Of a stretch of DNA of 64,000 nt, positions 1 through 12,307 are shown piece by piece. The stretch comes from Neodothiora populina (Eukaryota). Position numbers and translations under genes: made by a program. Position 1 is the first letter of the stretch; each line of letters starts with the position of its first letter. The stretch covers positions 2,418,001-2,482,000 of the forward strand of contig NW_027191413.1 of NCBI RefSeq assembly GCF_041146345.1. The letters are read 5' to 3'. Below the pieces are notes generated by a model. That model was given only the letters and a program-made list of their open reading frames with translations, ran no database searches and was not told the origin of the DNA.

Positions 1-312
1 TTTCGCCATTGCGTCATGTTTGGAGAATTGTGGGTTTTTTTGGTTTTTGATTTTCTCGCCTTCGGGGTTTTTTTTGTGTGTTATTTGTAAGAAGAGGCAA
101 ATTCCGGGAGCAGGGAATTCGTAGGAAGAAGATTTGCCGCGCATGTGCTGCTTTAAAAGAAGGAGAAAAGACGCCAAGGGTGGTTGGGAAAGAACAACGA
201 GGTCGTAATAGGGCATGCAAGTAAGCAGTTTAAATCGTCGATACAGCCAGTCACATGTTCCATGTCCAACTCCCGCTAAAAAAGCCGCTTCAGTTCAAGG
301 ATAAAGGGAAGT

Positions 313-1708
313 TTACTGTGACCCATAGTCAGCACCCATGCCGTTGTCCATGCCCATTGCCGAGTGGTTGTGGTTGCCTACCTTCATTGGCGCAAAGTTG
401 CCGTAAGGGTGTTGAGGAGGCATACCAGGCATGCCCATCTGGGGGTACGCTGCAGGCGGAGGAGGCGCCGGGCGGTAGGGAGTGCCGGCGGGACCAGAGT
501 TGTTCTGGCTGCGACCCCAGCTGAGACGCACGCGAGAGTTGCCGATAGGGTAGCCCTGCATCTGGTTGATGGCCATCTCGGCCGCGTGACGCTGCACAAA
601 CTGTACGAAACCGCAGCCCTTGCCGGGGGGGATCTTGACGTAGGTGATCTCACCGAATCCCTGGAAGAACGATCTGAGTTCATCCTCGGTCACATATCCA
701 GAAAGACCGCCGACGAAAACGGTCGTGTTGTTCGGATCGGTGAACTGGTTCATTGGCTGCGGCGCAGCACCATAGTAGCCCATTGGGGGAGCACCCATTC
801 CGTACATGCCCATAGGTCCACCGGGCATGCCACCCATGGCGCCGCCAGGACCCATGCCTGCGTTCTTGTTCTTGGGCGTCGCGGTGGAGATGCGCATGGG
901 ACGGTTGCCGCAGTAAACGCCTTGCATCTCGGTGAGGGCTCGCTGCTGGTCGGCCTCATCGGAGAAGCGCACGAAACCGTAACCGCGAGAGAGGCCGCTG
1001 ATGGGGTCTGACATGATCTTGGCCGATTTGCATGATGGGAAGCGGTTCTGGAAGATGCTGACGAGCACGTATTCGTTGACCTCGGGGCCGAGATCGCCGA
1101 CAAAGATAGAGAACTCGGGACCACGGTCGTCGCGGCTGCGATCGGCAAGGCCACCTCCAGATGCCCAGTTGAGCTTGAAGGGGCGGTTCGAGTTGGGAAT
1201 GAGAGATCCGTTGAGGGCGAGAGCCTTCTGAGCTGCGTCAGGGCTCTCAAAATCAACGAAACAATATCCAGCATTACTTCTGGCCCAGAGATTAGTGCCT
1301 TCTCTTCCATTTTTGCACCATGGATCGCGTGTTAGACCTACCCGGAGAATTTGTCCCTGATCATCTTAACGTTAACCTGGTAGCCCATGCCGAACCAAAC
1401 ACTTCTCACAAAGTTCTCGTCGATCCATGGCTCGAGCTCGCCCATCCTATCATTTGAATCAGTCCCATCCCAAACACTCTTGCATTTTGCGACACGCACC
1501 AGAGGGTGGTTTTAGCATCGCCAGAAGACTGGGCGGAGGCTGGGGCACCTGGGGCACCAGCGGGAGCACCCTGGAACTGGCCTTGCTGACCGTCCAGAGG
1601 CTGACCCATTGGTGGCTGCTGAGGCTGTGCGCCAGCGGGTCCAGGCGCGACCGATTCGTCGTTAGGCTGCTGAGCCTGGAAAGACTCGCCGAACTGTTGG
1701 AAGCTCAT
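313..1708 (-). CDS. NAM8: Triple-RRM RNA-binding protein, NGR1/NAM8/Csx1 family
   Basis: Spliced exons give KTTLWMGELEPWIDENF, NAGYCFVDF, FKLNWASG, FSIFVGDLGPEV, SRGYGFVRF and TTVFVGGLS...KGCGFVQF (RNP motifs of three RRMs). Introns at ~1447-1499, ~1281-1341 and 316-381; the stop TAA is at 313-315. Confidence 0.9.
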
Positions 1709-1758
1709 GTTGAGTTGTGTGTTGATATGAAAAGATTATCAATGAAGAGAATATTTAT

Positions 1759-1841
1759 CTGTCCACGCGAAGAGGAAGGTTAGCAATGAGCGAGTGGTGA
1801 TTCGTTATAGCAACAAGTCAGAGGCCAAGTCAATGACGTAC
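1759..1841 (-). other. Probable 5'-UTR intron of the RRM gene
   Basis: The minus strand has a GTACGT donor at 1841 and a GCTAAC branch point followed by a pyrimidine tract and CAG, upstream of the ATG at 1708. Confidence 0.55.
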
Positions 1842-4611
1842 GAGCGAGATTGAAGAAGTAGATTGAAACTACTTGTCGTGACCGTGAATCGTTTGGACTT
1901 GTCGGAAAACGTCGAGAGATGAAGCTTGACAGACGGCGCGCAATCAAGGATTTGAACGCGCGATAATAGCTTGACGATAGAGTGCAGTTCCGAGTTGAGG
2001 GAAAGGCGATCGCGATTATACGCCGAAGGAATGTCGAATTTGACGAGAATTGACTGTAGAATTCTTTGGCTACGGGTTAGCGTATGTTGGAGAGTCATGG
2101 GAAGATTTGTTTGTTGAAGTTGGTTGAAGTAAGGGGTACACTGGGAGGGTGCCGAGCTGCTGCTCGAAGCGATTTCGCACCCCTTCGACCCGAGTCATCG
2201 AGTCACGATTCGACTCAATAATGTCGCATATCTCGGGCGTCGCGAAGGTCGAACAAGCATCGAGAATGCACTCGCCGCTCCTGCGATGAGATCGCGCCCT
2301 GCCTCAGATGATGCGCGATGACACAAGGGAGCCTTCTCCGAGCATACGTATCTGCTGTATCGCCATCCACCTGTCGGAACTGCGGCTCCACCAATGCGCG
2401 GGAGGCGAAAAATGATATTGGGATATTTGAAGGAAAGCGGACACAACTCACCAAGATGACAGTAACTGAGATCACCCAAACACCGAGAGACGCGAAGAAA
2501 CGCGAACTATGCACAGGAAAATGATGCTTTTGTCTGCGCAAGGACGTGGTAAGGTAAAGGTGTGCGCAGCTCAGGCTCTGTGAGCTTTGCAAACCAGGCA
2601 AGCGGGGGTCGTCACGTGCATTCAATCACACTCATTTTTAAGCTCGACGCTATACACGGGATCTACCTCCTTAGACTCGATTGCGATGAGGCAAGAGCTT
2701 GGCACACCACCAGCTCGACCAATCGTGTGGTATTCCGTAGGTTGCAGCTATCCACTCTATAATATCTTTCCTGGCCCTCGGGCTGCAGCTGTCCGTCGAT
2801 TGACCACCTGCTTGTGCCTACTGTAGGTCAATCTGCATGGAACCTATTTGTCTTGATGCGGCTGGAATTATCGTGCTTCTGAGATAGCGTAGTCTCTACG
2901 CGAGACAATTTGCAGCACTCTTATCAGACCTTCAGTGGATGTTGCATAAGACACCGGTCAATAGAGAGGACACGTCAACACCAGTACTGTACACTTTACT
3001 GTGGCAAACAGCTTTCCGGTCAGGGGTCTTTGGGAAAAGGGGTCAGACCGCGAAGCCAGGTACACCAGTTTTAGAGGTCTCCATTTTTTGTCACTAATGT
3101 ACGCGCAGCTGCAGCCGCTGTATCTGTCACAACGGGCGAAGCCACCCCTGATCACCTACAGCAAGGTAGCCACAGCTGCTAAAAACTCCATTTATGCCCC
3201 TAGTTCCCTATATTTGTGTTTGTCCTATCATCATATGCTGACCAGAGCTCAACTAAGGCTTCTCGGGGATCCCTAACTCCAGTGTCAGCCTTGCAGTCCA
3301 TCGCTAGCCTTGGCCAAGAAATGTACTTGCCAGAAGCCTGGTCCGCCTCACTAAACGAGTCTCTTCCCGAGACAGATACAATTTGAAAGTCTTATTCGAA
3401 CCATCGTATATCAAGACTCAAGTCGGCGGACTTCGACAGGCCCCGTCGACTCTCTTGTAATGTTGTTTATTGTAGCTGTGAGCGTGCTCTTTGACTGCGA
3501 TATGTGCACGGCCCTTGTATGTACTTCTAGTGAAGTACTCACATCCAAGTATTAGGCACATATATAACCTCGCGAGACACTCACGCAGCTCACGTTCTTG
3601 TCGCAACTGTCTGTAGAGCTGTAGCAGGCGACTATGCAGTTCAAGCATCTCTGGTCTGACATTAGTACCCTACCCCAGTGACAGGTACATTAGAGTTGAT
3701 CGCAGGGACGGCTGTTTCTTTCTCACCCTCGTATCTCGGGAAGCGCAAGGTGAGTCAGGTATGTTCTCATTTGGACCTCTTGAACTTGAGGATAAATGCA
3801 CTGTGAAAGCATACAAAACTGCTCGGAACTTCGTCTTTAAAGGTCTGACCTCAGCTACATACTCTCTACGACGAAGTACCCGGTTCTAACACTTCTTCAC
3901 GCGATCTTAACAACGACCTAAAGCATTCCGGAAAGTGTGACAGAAAGTACGAAAAACCGAAGGCTGGTAGCTGCATTACTTCACAGTTAGCTGTGACCAT
4001 TATCTCACACTTGACAGCCTCAGATAGCATTGCTAGCCATTGCTAAATCAATTTATACAAGATATAGCCAAACCTCTAATGATTCGCAACGCTCCGTCTG
4101 CGACGGAACATCGTATCACAGCGTCGTGGAAGGCACGTACAAGCTGCTGAGGTATAAGATCCTATGCATGATGAGATCGGAGTTCCATATGATCTGACAT
4201 AGTTGATCGCTGATTGGCTCCCGCACATTAAGTTCGTGTTCGGAGGATATTGACGCCTTCTTGTCTGTCTCGCTGATCCGTGCTCAAGAGCATGAGGCTG
4301 AATAGTGGATGGATATTCTGGTAAAAGATTTATTGTCGTTGTCCCTTCAATTGTGAGGAGCCCGAAGCGATGATGGGTTTGCAGGAGGATCCGATTACGA
4401 TCTTGCTCGTGGCAGTGTCTCTATCTCAATCACGCTGCGATCCGGTTGCTTCGACCATTGTCCGGAGGTCATCTCGGGCTCCGACAGAATGTGTGTGGCT
4501 TGGCACGCTTACCTGTCTGGGAAGTGTGTATTCCGATACACGTCAACACACACAGAAGTCGTTCAAGTTGACGATTGATGATCTTTCCATACAACGCACC
4601 AACTCGACGCC

Positions 4612-6518
4612 ATGGACTCGGACACGCTACATACGGCCTCAACGTATCTGAATAACCTCCTGTTAGCTCGTGGACTCCTACGCAATGGTAAGGCTTTGGA
4701 TTTCGCCAAACCGACTCGAGACACTCGTGCGCAGATCATCAACCTTGTCCATGACCTGCTTCTTCGACGAGACCGCGACCAGGAGAACCGTGAGCAGGTT
4801 GCCTTGACGATTCGTACACTTCGAACAGACGAAACGCGCAAGGATGCTGAACTTGATCGACTACGGTCCCAAGTGGGAGAGAAGGAGAGGAGTGTTGTTC
4901 AGGCACAGACGGAGACGCGGAACATGAAGGTAGAGATGAGGAGGATGGAAGCCAGCGTCAAAACATTGCAAGACCAACTTGCCAAACTGAAGGCCTCTGT
5001 TGGGCACATCAAGACACAATGCACGAATGATATACGAAAACGCGACTTGCACATCGAACGGTTGAAAACACATCTACAGGGCCAACAACGCGGCAACAAA
5101 GGCGGTGTGGTCGCGCCAATGTTGAACATTACCGGAGGCTCGACCGGATCTGGACGCTCGTTCAACATGTCTGTGAGGAACATAGAAGATCCCGAATACA
5201 GCCTGAAGCAGGAAACCAATGAGTTCCTCACCCAACTGAGCCAGAGCTTAAGCGACGAGAATGATGGCCTCATCGCCATGTTGCGTGGGACAATACAAAC
5301 TATGAAAGATCTGCTGGGTCTTGATGAAACGCCACAGGACCATGACACCATGTATGCGGATCAAGGTGTCGACCTCAATGCCACTCTTGATTATGGGAAC
5401 GGTGAATCACCAATCTCGTACGAGGCGCTCGCGACAGAGGTCGAGTCCACCTTGGAAGTGTTACGTAATGTATTGACCAGCGCCGACTTTGTCTCCATGG
5501 ACGAAGTTGAGCAACGCGACGAAGAGATTTTGAGGCTGCGAGAGGGATGGGAAATGATGGAGGCCAGGTGGAAAGAGGTGCTCACCATGATGAACACCTG
5601 GAGAACCAAAATGGAGGATGGTGGCGACACTATCAATCTCGATGATCTGAAGAGAGGCTTAGGTCTGGGCGAGGGCTTGAGCGAAGGCCTGGCATCGCCT
5701 GTGGGACCGTCTAACCCTGCCAGCCATCAAGTCAACAATTCTCCTCGTAAGAGTGGATATGACCAAGTCAACGAAGGGTCAGACCTTCGAAGCTACGCCG
5801 GGAGCGACCAGGCATTACCAACTCCATTACCTTCCCGCGTGCAAAATAGCACTAGCAAGAAGTCGAGCACGGCCATAGACCCACCTGAACTTTTCCATCA
5901 ACAGCCTCGCAAGGAACGGCACCTACGAAAGATGAGCCCCAATATCCAGTCGCCTCGCAAAGTCGCATTTGCAGCAGATACGGCTAAGAGCAGCCCGTTG
6001 TACGGTAGAGACACACCAGTAGATAACAACGCGCATGCCAGAATAAGAGAGGCTTCGAAAAGAGAATTGAGAAGCCAGCACTCTGCTCCTGACCTTAGCA
6101 GCCCTGAGAGAAAAGTGCAGCTAGTAAGTTCTACGTGTTTCAACGGAGAAAGTGTATGAGACTGACCATTGGGAAGTCCCCAAAGCGAAGTCATATTGAT
6201 CTCTTCTCGGAGCCAGATCTGGACTTTGGCGACCAGACAAGCTCGCCGATATTGGAGGTCGCGGACGAGGAGCTGACGGTCAAGGAAAAGCTTCGGGCGG
6301 CCCAGTTGGAAGCTGAGCGTGCCGCTTCAGCCATGCAGGCCGATCATCTAGACAGACATGCGTCGTCTCAATTCGACATTGCAATTGATGAAGAGATAGG
6401 CAAGCTTCGCAGTCCGGCTAAGAAAAGCAAGATCAAAGGCAGGCCAAAGCGAAGAAAGAGCACGTTAAGTCCGGAGGAATTAGAAAATCTTATGCTAGGA
6501 AGCATGAGTCTCGAGTAA
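4612..6518 (+). CDS. tinA: Afadin/alpha-actinin-binding (ADIP) domain coiled-coil protein, TinA/Msd1-like spindle pole body protein
   Basis: N-terminus ASTYLNNLLLARGLL...IINLVHDLLLRRDRD and TQCTNDIRKRD, followed by a long coiled coil. One intron at 6124-6176 (GTAAGT...CTGAC...AAG). The C-terminus is RRKSTLSPEELENLM. Confidence 0.75.
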
Positions 6519-7516
6519 CTGTCAGAGTGGAATGCGATATTCTGATCCAACTAACCATTACCTTTTCCCCCACCCCCTTGTATGGCAATATCAACATTGA
6601 TTGCTCATCCACCACTCACACCGCAAGATAGTATCGCAATGCCTTGGTATTGTACGAACCGGTGGGTCTTGGGGATCTCCACGGTACTGCATGAGAATGC
6701 ACGCATGCCACGAGCAATAAGTAGGCAGCTCTTGTTGATTGGTTCACCGTCATTCATTCGTCCAGAATACAGTGATGAGCTGCACGGTAGTTCTTCTAGT
6801 CATCGAGATCATGCCGACGCTCACCAATACTAGATCACAAGTGCAATGGTATGCAACTCCTTTCGGGTGTGAAGGGAACACTCTAACTCACGATTCAAGG
6901 TATTTCTTGACGTTGATTGGCGATCTCACGACGAGCCAGTCAAGCATGCGAGGCATCGAAGAGGTTGTGGCTACAAGTCGGCCAATGAGCTCAAGCGCCG
7001 AACCGCCGACTCCAACCACCTCCATCGCTCCACTCCACGCATTCTTCCAAGCGCTCTCTTGATCCTGCACCACTACCAACCAGCATCATGCACACTTTTC
7101 GATAGTGGCATTATGCAGCTGTCTTGCCTATCTTGTAATCCGCGCATGTGCGATGTTGAACATGTGAGCAATGTAGTTTCCAACCAGGCATAAGTATATA
7201 GAACCCAGGCTTCCATCTCCATTCTTTCCTTCCTTAGCAAGCTTTGTCAATTCAAGAGTTGTCTGTTCGGTTTTTCCCTCCCCTTTTTTTATTTTTTATT
7301 CTGTCAATAGGGCCTGGTGCTCGTCTTTTTGTTTGACCTCTTATTACCATACACTTAATTATACCCTACTCACCAATTTATTTACCATTCCATCGTGTTC
7401 GCCGGTCGACACATAATATACTGACAGTCAATTTCTTCTTGCTCAAAATTCACATAATCACAAAACCAATATATCGAGTTTAATCGAAAGAAAGGGAAAT
7501 CAGAGAAGCAATCAAC

Positions 7517-8403
7517 ATGTCTGCAATTCAGCTCAACTTCACCCTCAGGACCTCGTCTAACTGCAAGACCGTCCATCTGGTCGGCTCTTGGGACGGCTAC
7601 AAGAACCAGCTTCCTCTCTCCAAGGACCCTACCTCGCCTAAGCCTGGTGGCTGGAAGGGAACATTCAGATTCCAGGGCGCGACTCTCAAGAAGGGTAGCA
7701 GATACTGGTATTATGTATGTAAATCGCTAATGTCAGATCGCTGGTCTTATGAAAAGTATACTAACATTAGCTCGAAAAGTACATCATTGATGGTTACCAC
7801 GTTTCTCACGACCCCGCCCGCGAGTCAATCACTGAACCTACAACTGGTCGCAAGTTGAATGTTCTCGATATTCCCAAGTCATCGTCGTCCAGCAAGTCCG
7901 CGGCACCGGTAGCTGCATCCACCAAGCACTCTTCAGGCCACAGCCGCCGCGTCAGCACTGCCAGCATTCCCAAGGGTAGATCTCTCTCGCCTTCTCAGAT
8001 CAAGAGCCCGAGGCCTACTAAGCCGCACGAGACTCGTGCCATTGCTACCGAGCAGTTCAACAGGGGAGACGTCGACCGTCTGGCCATGCAACTGAAGAGC
8101 CAGCAACTATCCGACTCGGAGTCAGATGAATCCGACAGTGAGAGTGACAGCGACAGTGACTCGGACGTGCCATCCCTTAGCTCGCGCAGCAGCAACAGCA
8201 GTTCGCCAAGCAGTGTCAGCAGCACAAGCTCATCCTGCACATGCAACCGTTATGGCATTACACGCTCCGGCAACAGGGTCAAGCTTGACTGTGGCGGTAG
8301 CCGCTGCGGCTACAGTGATCAGAGCAGCGAATGCTCAAGCGAGAGCGAGGGTGAATACCGTGCCAAGGCGACCCATCGTCAAGGAATGGTCGTTCGCCGT
8401 TGA
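7517..8403 (+). CDS. esdC: EsdC-like protein with AMPK-beta-type glycogen-binding (CBM48) domain
   Basis: KTVHLVGSWDGY...RYWYY|YIIDGYHVSHDP...EPTTGRKLNVLD after removing intron 7715-7779. Ser-rich tail with CTCNRYG...LDCGGSRCG. Confidence 0.8.
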
Positions 8404-10229
8404 TCGCCATTTGTAGCTGGGAAAAGCTGTGTTCCGGAGTTCGAAGAACCTGAGAGTTTTCAAAAATTGCAGTAACGCAGACTGCTCCACTCATTAATTC
8501 ATAATGACCTAGCGTCGTTGGAAAGCCTGTCTTTCTTTCAACAAATCACTCCTTTGCGGGGCGCCACAAGAGTCTTGCTGGTAGCTGGTCTACCTGGCAA
8601 CTGTCTCTGTGGCCTCTGCGTCCAGGTCGCTTCCTGCGACGCTTGATCCTACGGGTGCGCTTCGAGCAGTGGAGGCACTTCGTGTTGGGTCACGAAACGA
8701 GGTTTGGGGACGGGAGAGAAGAGAGTTATAGCGCCGAAGAGGTCGGGCTAAGGGATCGACTGGGGGTCGATCAAGTGAATAATCAGCGATACCACACATC
8801 TATTCGATGTTTGGCCGGTCCTGCGCCTCACACAGAACAACACCCTTGATCGCGGGTTCTTCTAGCAAATGTGTACATAGACAATTTAAGAGACATGATT
8901 TGCTAGCAGGTTCGCATTTTTCGAGGTGTGCAGTAAACATTATTGAAGGATGTGGCTTGCCTACCATAGTTCGTGCTCACCGTTATGGCTACAGAAGCCG
9001 TGTATCATTGGCTGACGGTGAGAGGTACTTTTCGCTATACCATGCGCCAAGACTCGGGATGGAGGATCGCATACATCTTACCAGGGCCATTACTCGTAGG
9101 GCGACCAAGCCTTATTTTTTATGATGTCGTGACCGCCGAGCAGATGAGGCCGCCAGTTTGAGCGTTCATGTTCTGTGCGAGCTGCTTGTGAAAAGTCATC
9201 CCAAAAGAGGGGGCGAGAAACACTGAATCATGGAAAGTCGAGAGCGGACGACCAAGACTTCTTGGAAGTTGTCGTGAGGCGAGATTAGTGGCAATGATTT
9301 ACCGAAAACGTAAGCCATGAAATCAGACAGGATAGTGCAACAAGAGGAATCAATCAGCCATGGGGCATGGGTGGACTTTGTTGCGCGTCATTATTTCGTG
9401 CCGCGGTCGCTACGCCTTGCACGGATGCGAAAGACCTGGACTCAACTGTCGGGCTGAGAAGCGAAGCTTGCACTTGCTTACAGCGGCTACGATAGGTAGT
9501 TGCGGAACCAAAAACTGCGAATCGGGGGAAGTTGTGGGTTCTAGAGTGTACAGTATCGAGAAGCAGCAGCGACAAGTGAAAAGTCAAACGCGAGGCAGTC
9601 ACCGAGTACACAGAAGTACTGTAATAAGCACCGCATGAGTCGCAAATATAATAATAATAATTTCGAGTGATGAGTGTTAATTGCAAGGGAAATAATTAGT
9701 AGAGAGCACTCTGTGATTTCCCCAAGGTACAACTGCTGCAAGTGGATTGCGCCAAAGAGATCTTGCTTCTTCCCTTCTTGGCGCGTTTGATGCCCCTGCG
9801 CTCTCAAGCTCAGCACAAAAGGCGCTGCGGTCTAAATCACGCGAGAACTCCGAGAAGACACGGTTCTGGCTGGATCAACTCACAAACGCTACCAGCCATG
9901 ACGGCTAAAGATAATTCACCAAAATGCTTTTCACCCAACCGTATCCGTTGTTCCCCGTCCATCCCTTCCATCCTTCCTCACGCACCACTATACCGTCAAC
10001 TTCAAGCATCATCACCACCTCCACCCGCGACAACGACGATTTTAGTACATACAGATCCGTCTCAGCCGACCTCAGTGAAAGCGTGCCTCTGCTGCCCTCA
10101 AATTCGTGAACAAAGCCAGGCCCGGGCTGACGGGCGCAATCTTACTACACCCTGAGCCTGTGTCTGATCTGTCCATCAACAAAATCGCCTCTCTTATATC
10201 TTCATCCCATCCATCCTCCTATATACAAA

Positions 10230-11115
10230 ATGTCTAAAACGATGACGTCCACTCCAACGTCAAAGTCGGCTTCCAAGTCATCATCATCATCAAAGCAGAG
10301 CAGAAAGGTCATCATTCGCTTAAAATCTGAGCTCCTCTCCAGGTTTCCATCAGACTCGGCTCCCTCTTCGAAGCCTGAATCATCAGATGACTCGTCTGTT
10401 CCAGTTTCGACTCCCGTCATCAACCCTCCCACGGACGACGCAGTGACTGAATCGAATGCGTCGCCGGCGCCTGCAAACACCGAGGACGGTGCCGAGGATG
10501 GCAACTCTCTCGCCCCACCTGGAAGCAAGCGAAAGGGAGTCCCTGGACCAAAATCAGGATCAAAGCGATCCGCTCCACCCTCTGACAGTGCCTCGAAACC
10601 CAGGGGTAAGCCTGGTCCGAAGAAGAAGCCCAGACTGTAAGTGATATGCGAAGTGGAGATCGCCGTCTTTACCACGTGCATGGCTGACCCGTAACAACAG
10701 TGCCGATGGCAGCATCGATCGCTCTGCTGAGCCAACGAAGAAGGGCCCTTTTGGAGGAGTGGCGCCCATCACTGCGCACAAGCTGGGCCCCAAGGCCAAC
10801 ACTGGCGCGATCAACGCCGGCCTGCGCGCTCTTGACAGATCTGGCAAGCCCTGTCGCAAGTGGGAGAGAAAGGGGTTCACGCTGAAGAGCATATCCGGCG
10901 TCACATGGAGTGTTGGCTCGTGGTCTGCGCCTCCGAAGGACAACTCGTTCAGCGGCGATGTCAAGAGCGAAAGCTCTGGCACCAGCGAAACCAAGGTGAA
11001 CTTGGAAAGCAGCGCAGTCCCCTCTGAGCAGAGCAACAGCGGAGGCGACGCATATGGCGCGGCTCAGAGCAACCTCGGTAGCTCTCCTGCGCCTATGGTC
11101 TCTACACCTGCATGA
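10230..11115 (+). CDS. IES4: INO80 complex subunit Ies4 (DUF1711)-like
   Basis: KVIIRLKSELLSRF, RGKPGPKKKPRL and HKLGPKANTGAINAGLRALDRSGKPCRKWERKGFTLKSISGVTW. Intron at ~10638-10700. Confidence 0.8.
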
Positions 11116-12307
11116 GAGACGACCTCGACCACTCACTTAGGGTGTCAAACCCATCGACGATGCCATGCCTGTTTTGCTGTCGCAGCACAGGCGCACGACC
11201 GCAACAAATGATGTAAAACAGTTGCCGCGTCGCAACATCAGATGGTTCATCTACAAGGATCAGGGGATCTGGACGGAATCGGTAGGCCGGTGTTAACACA
11301 AAAGTGCCCGGATGGAATCAAGGGTTTGCAATATACCAGGGGAAGCGGACGCTTCAGCATGGCGTTACAATGACAGATATGGGCACGGAAATTGTCCATG
11401 GAACGGACATTCGGATCACTGGCGTTTGGGATACGGATTTCAGGCAAGGCCGTTATACTAGGTTACGATATGCAGATGCGCAGACTGGCCAAGTACGGTC
11501 ACGGCGCAAGGAGGTGCCAGCCGAACAAGTAGTAGTTGTTTTCTCTTCTTCAATCTTCTTTTCAACACATGGCGCCTCATTGTCGCTGCGGTAACATTAT
11601 AGCCTGAAAATACGGTGCTCCGATAAAGTGCGTCAGGCGTGTTGTCACTGACAAGAAAACATTGGTGAGCATCGTTGACACTACAAGAGTGTTGGTAGCA
11701 GCGCGTACCGGGCTCAGAAGCACTTGCCCAAAGGTGCTCTACGAACACGTCATTGTGCGAGTATACAAGATCCGAGTTGCTGATAACGCCATCTTAGTGT
11801 TTGTTGGGCATGCTCGGGGTGGTCCAGTTCTGGCGTCGGGTGACGTGCGGAGAGAGTGGTAGGAGTGTCTCTGGTACTGCCATGTACTGCCGCCTCTCGA
11901 CTGCCTGATTAAGGTAGGTACCTACCTCATCCAGCAGCATACTGTACTACCATCGCTGTACATTTCGACACGCAATCCTGGTGATCAGATTCTTCCATTA
12001 TCTTACATGCAGACAAGTGCAAAGTGTAGATGATGTTTTGAAGGGTTGATTTCCCAAGCATGCAGTCCATATCGGCGCAGAGCTCGGAGGTAGTGAAGCA
12101 TAGCACCACCAGGCCTTGAAACGTAGCACGACATAAGTCAAGCCTCCGACACCAGGGGAGGACTATCTTGCATTCTCAGAAAGATAATAATACCCTCACG
12201 CTCACGACTGAACTTGATTCTCTCACGAACCCGACCAAGCGACACGACACGACCCACGCCCTGCACAACCCCGCCTCCACTCCTACTGCGCCCGATATTG
12301 CCGCAAC

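Noticed and set aside
4168..4213. ATGATGA...CTGA resembling C/D snoRNA boxes
   Set aside because: It is too short (~46 nt), and I could not identify a terminal stem or rRNA-complementary guide.
10620..10640. Ies4 intron retention would end the protein in -PRL (PTS1-like)
   Set aside because: The TAA is simply part of the GTAAGT donor, the basic stretch is more likely an NLS, and the product would lack the conserved domain.
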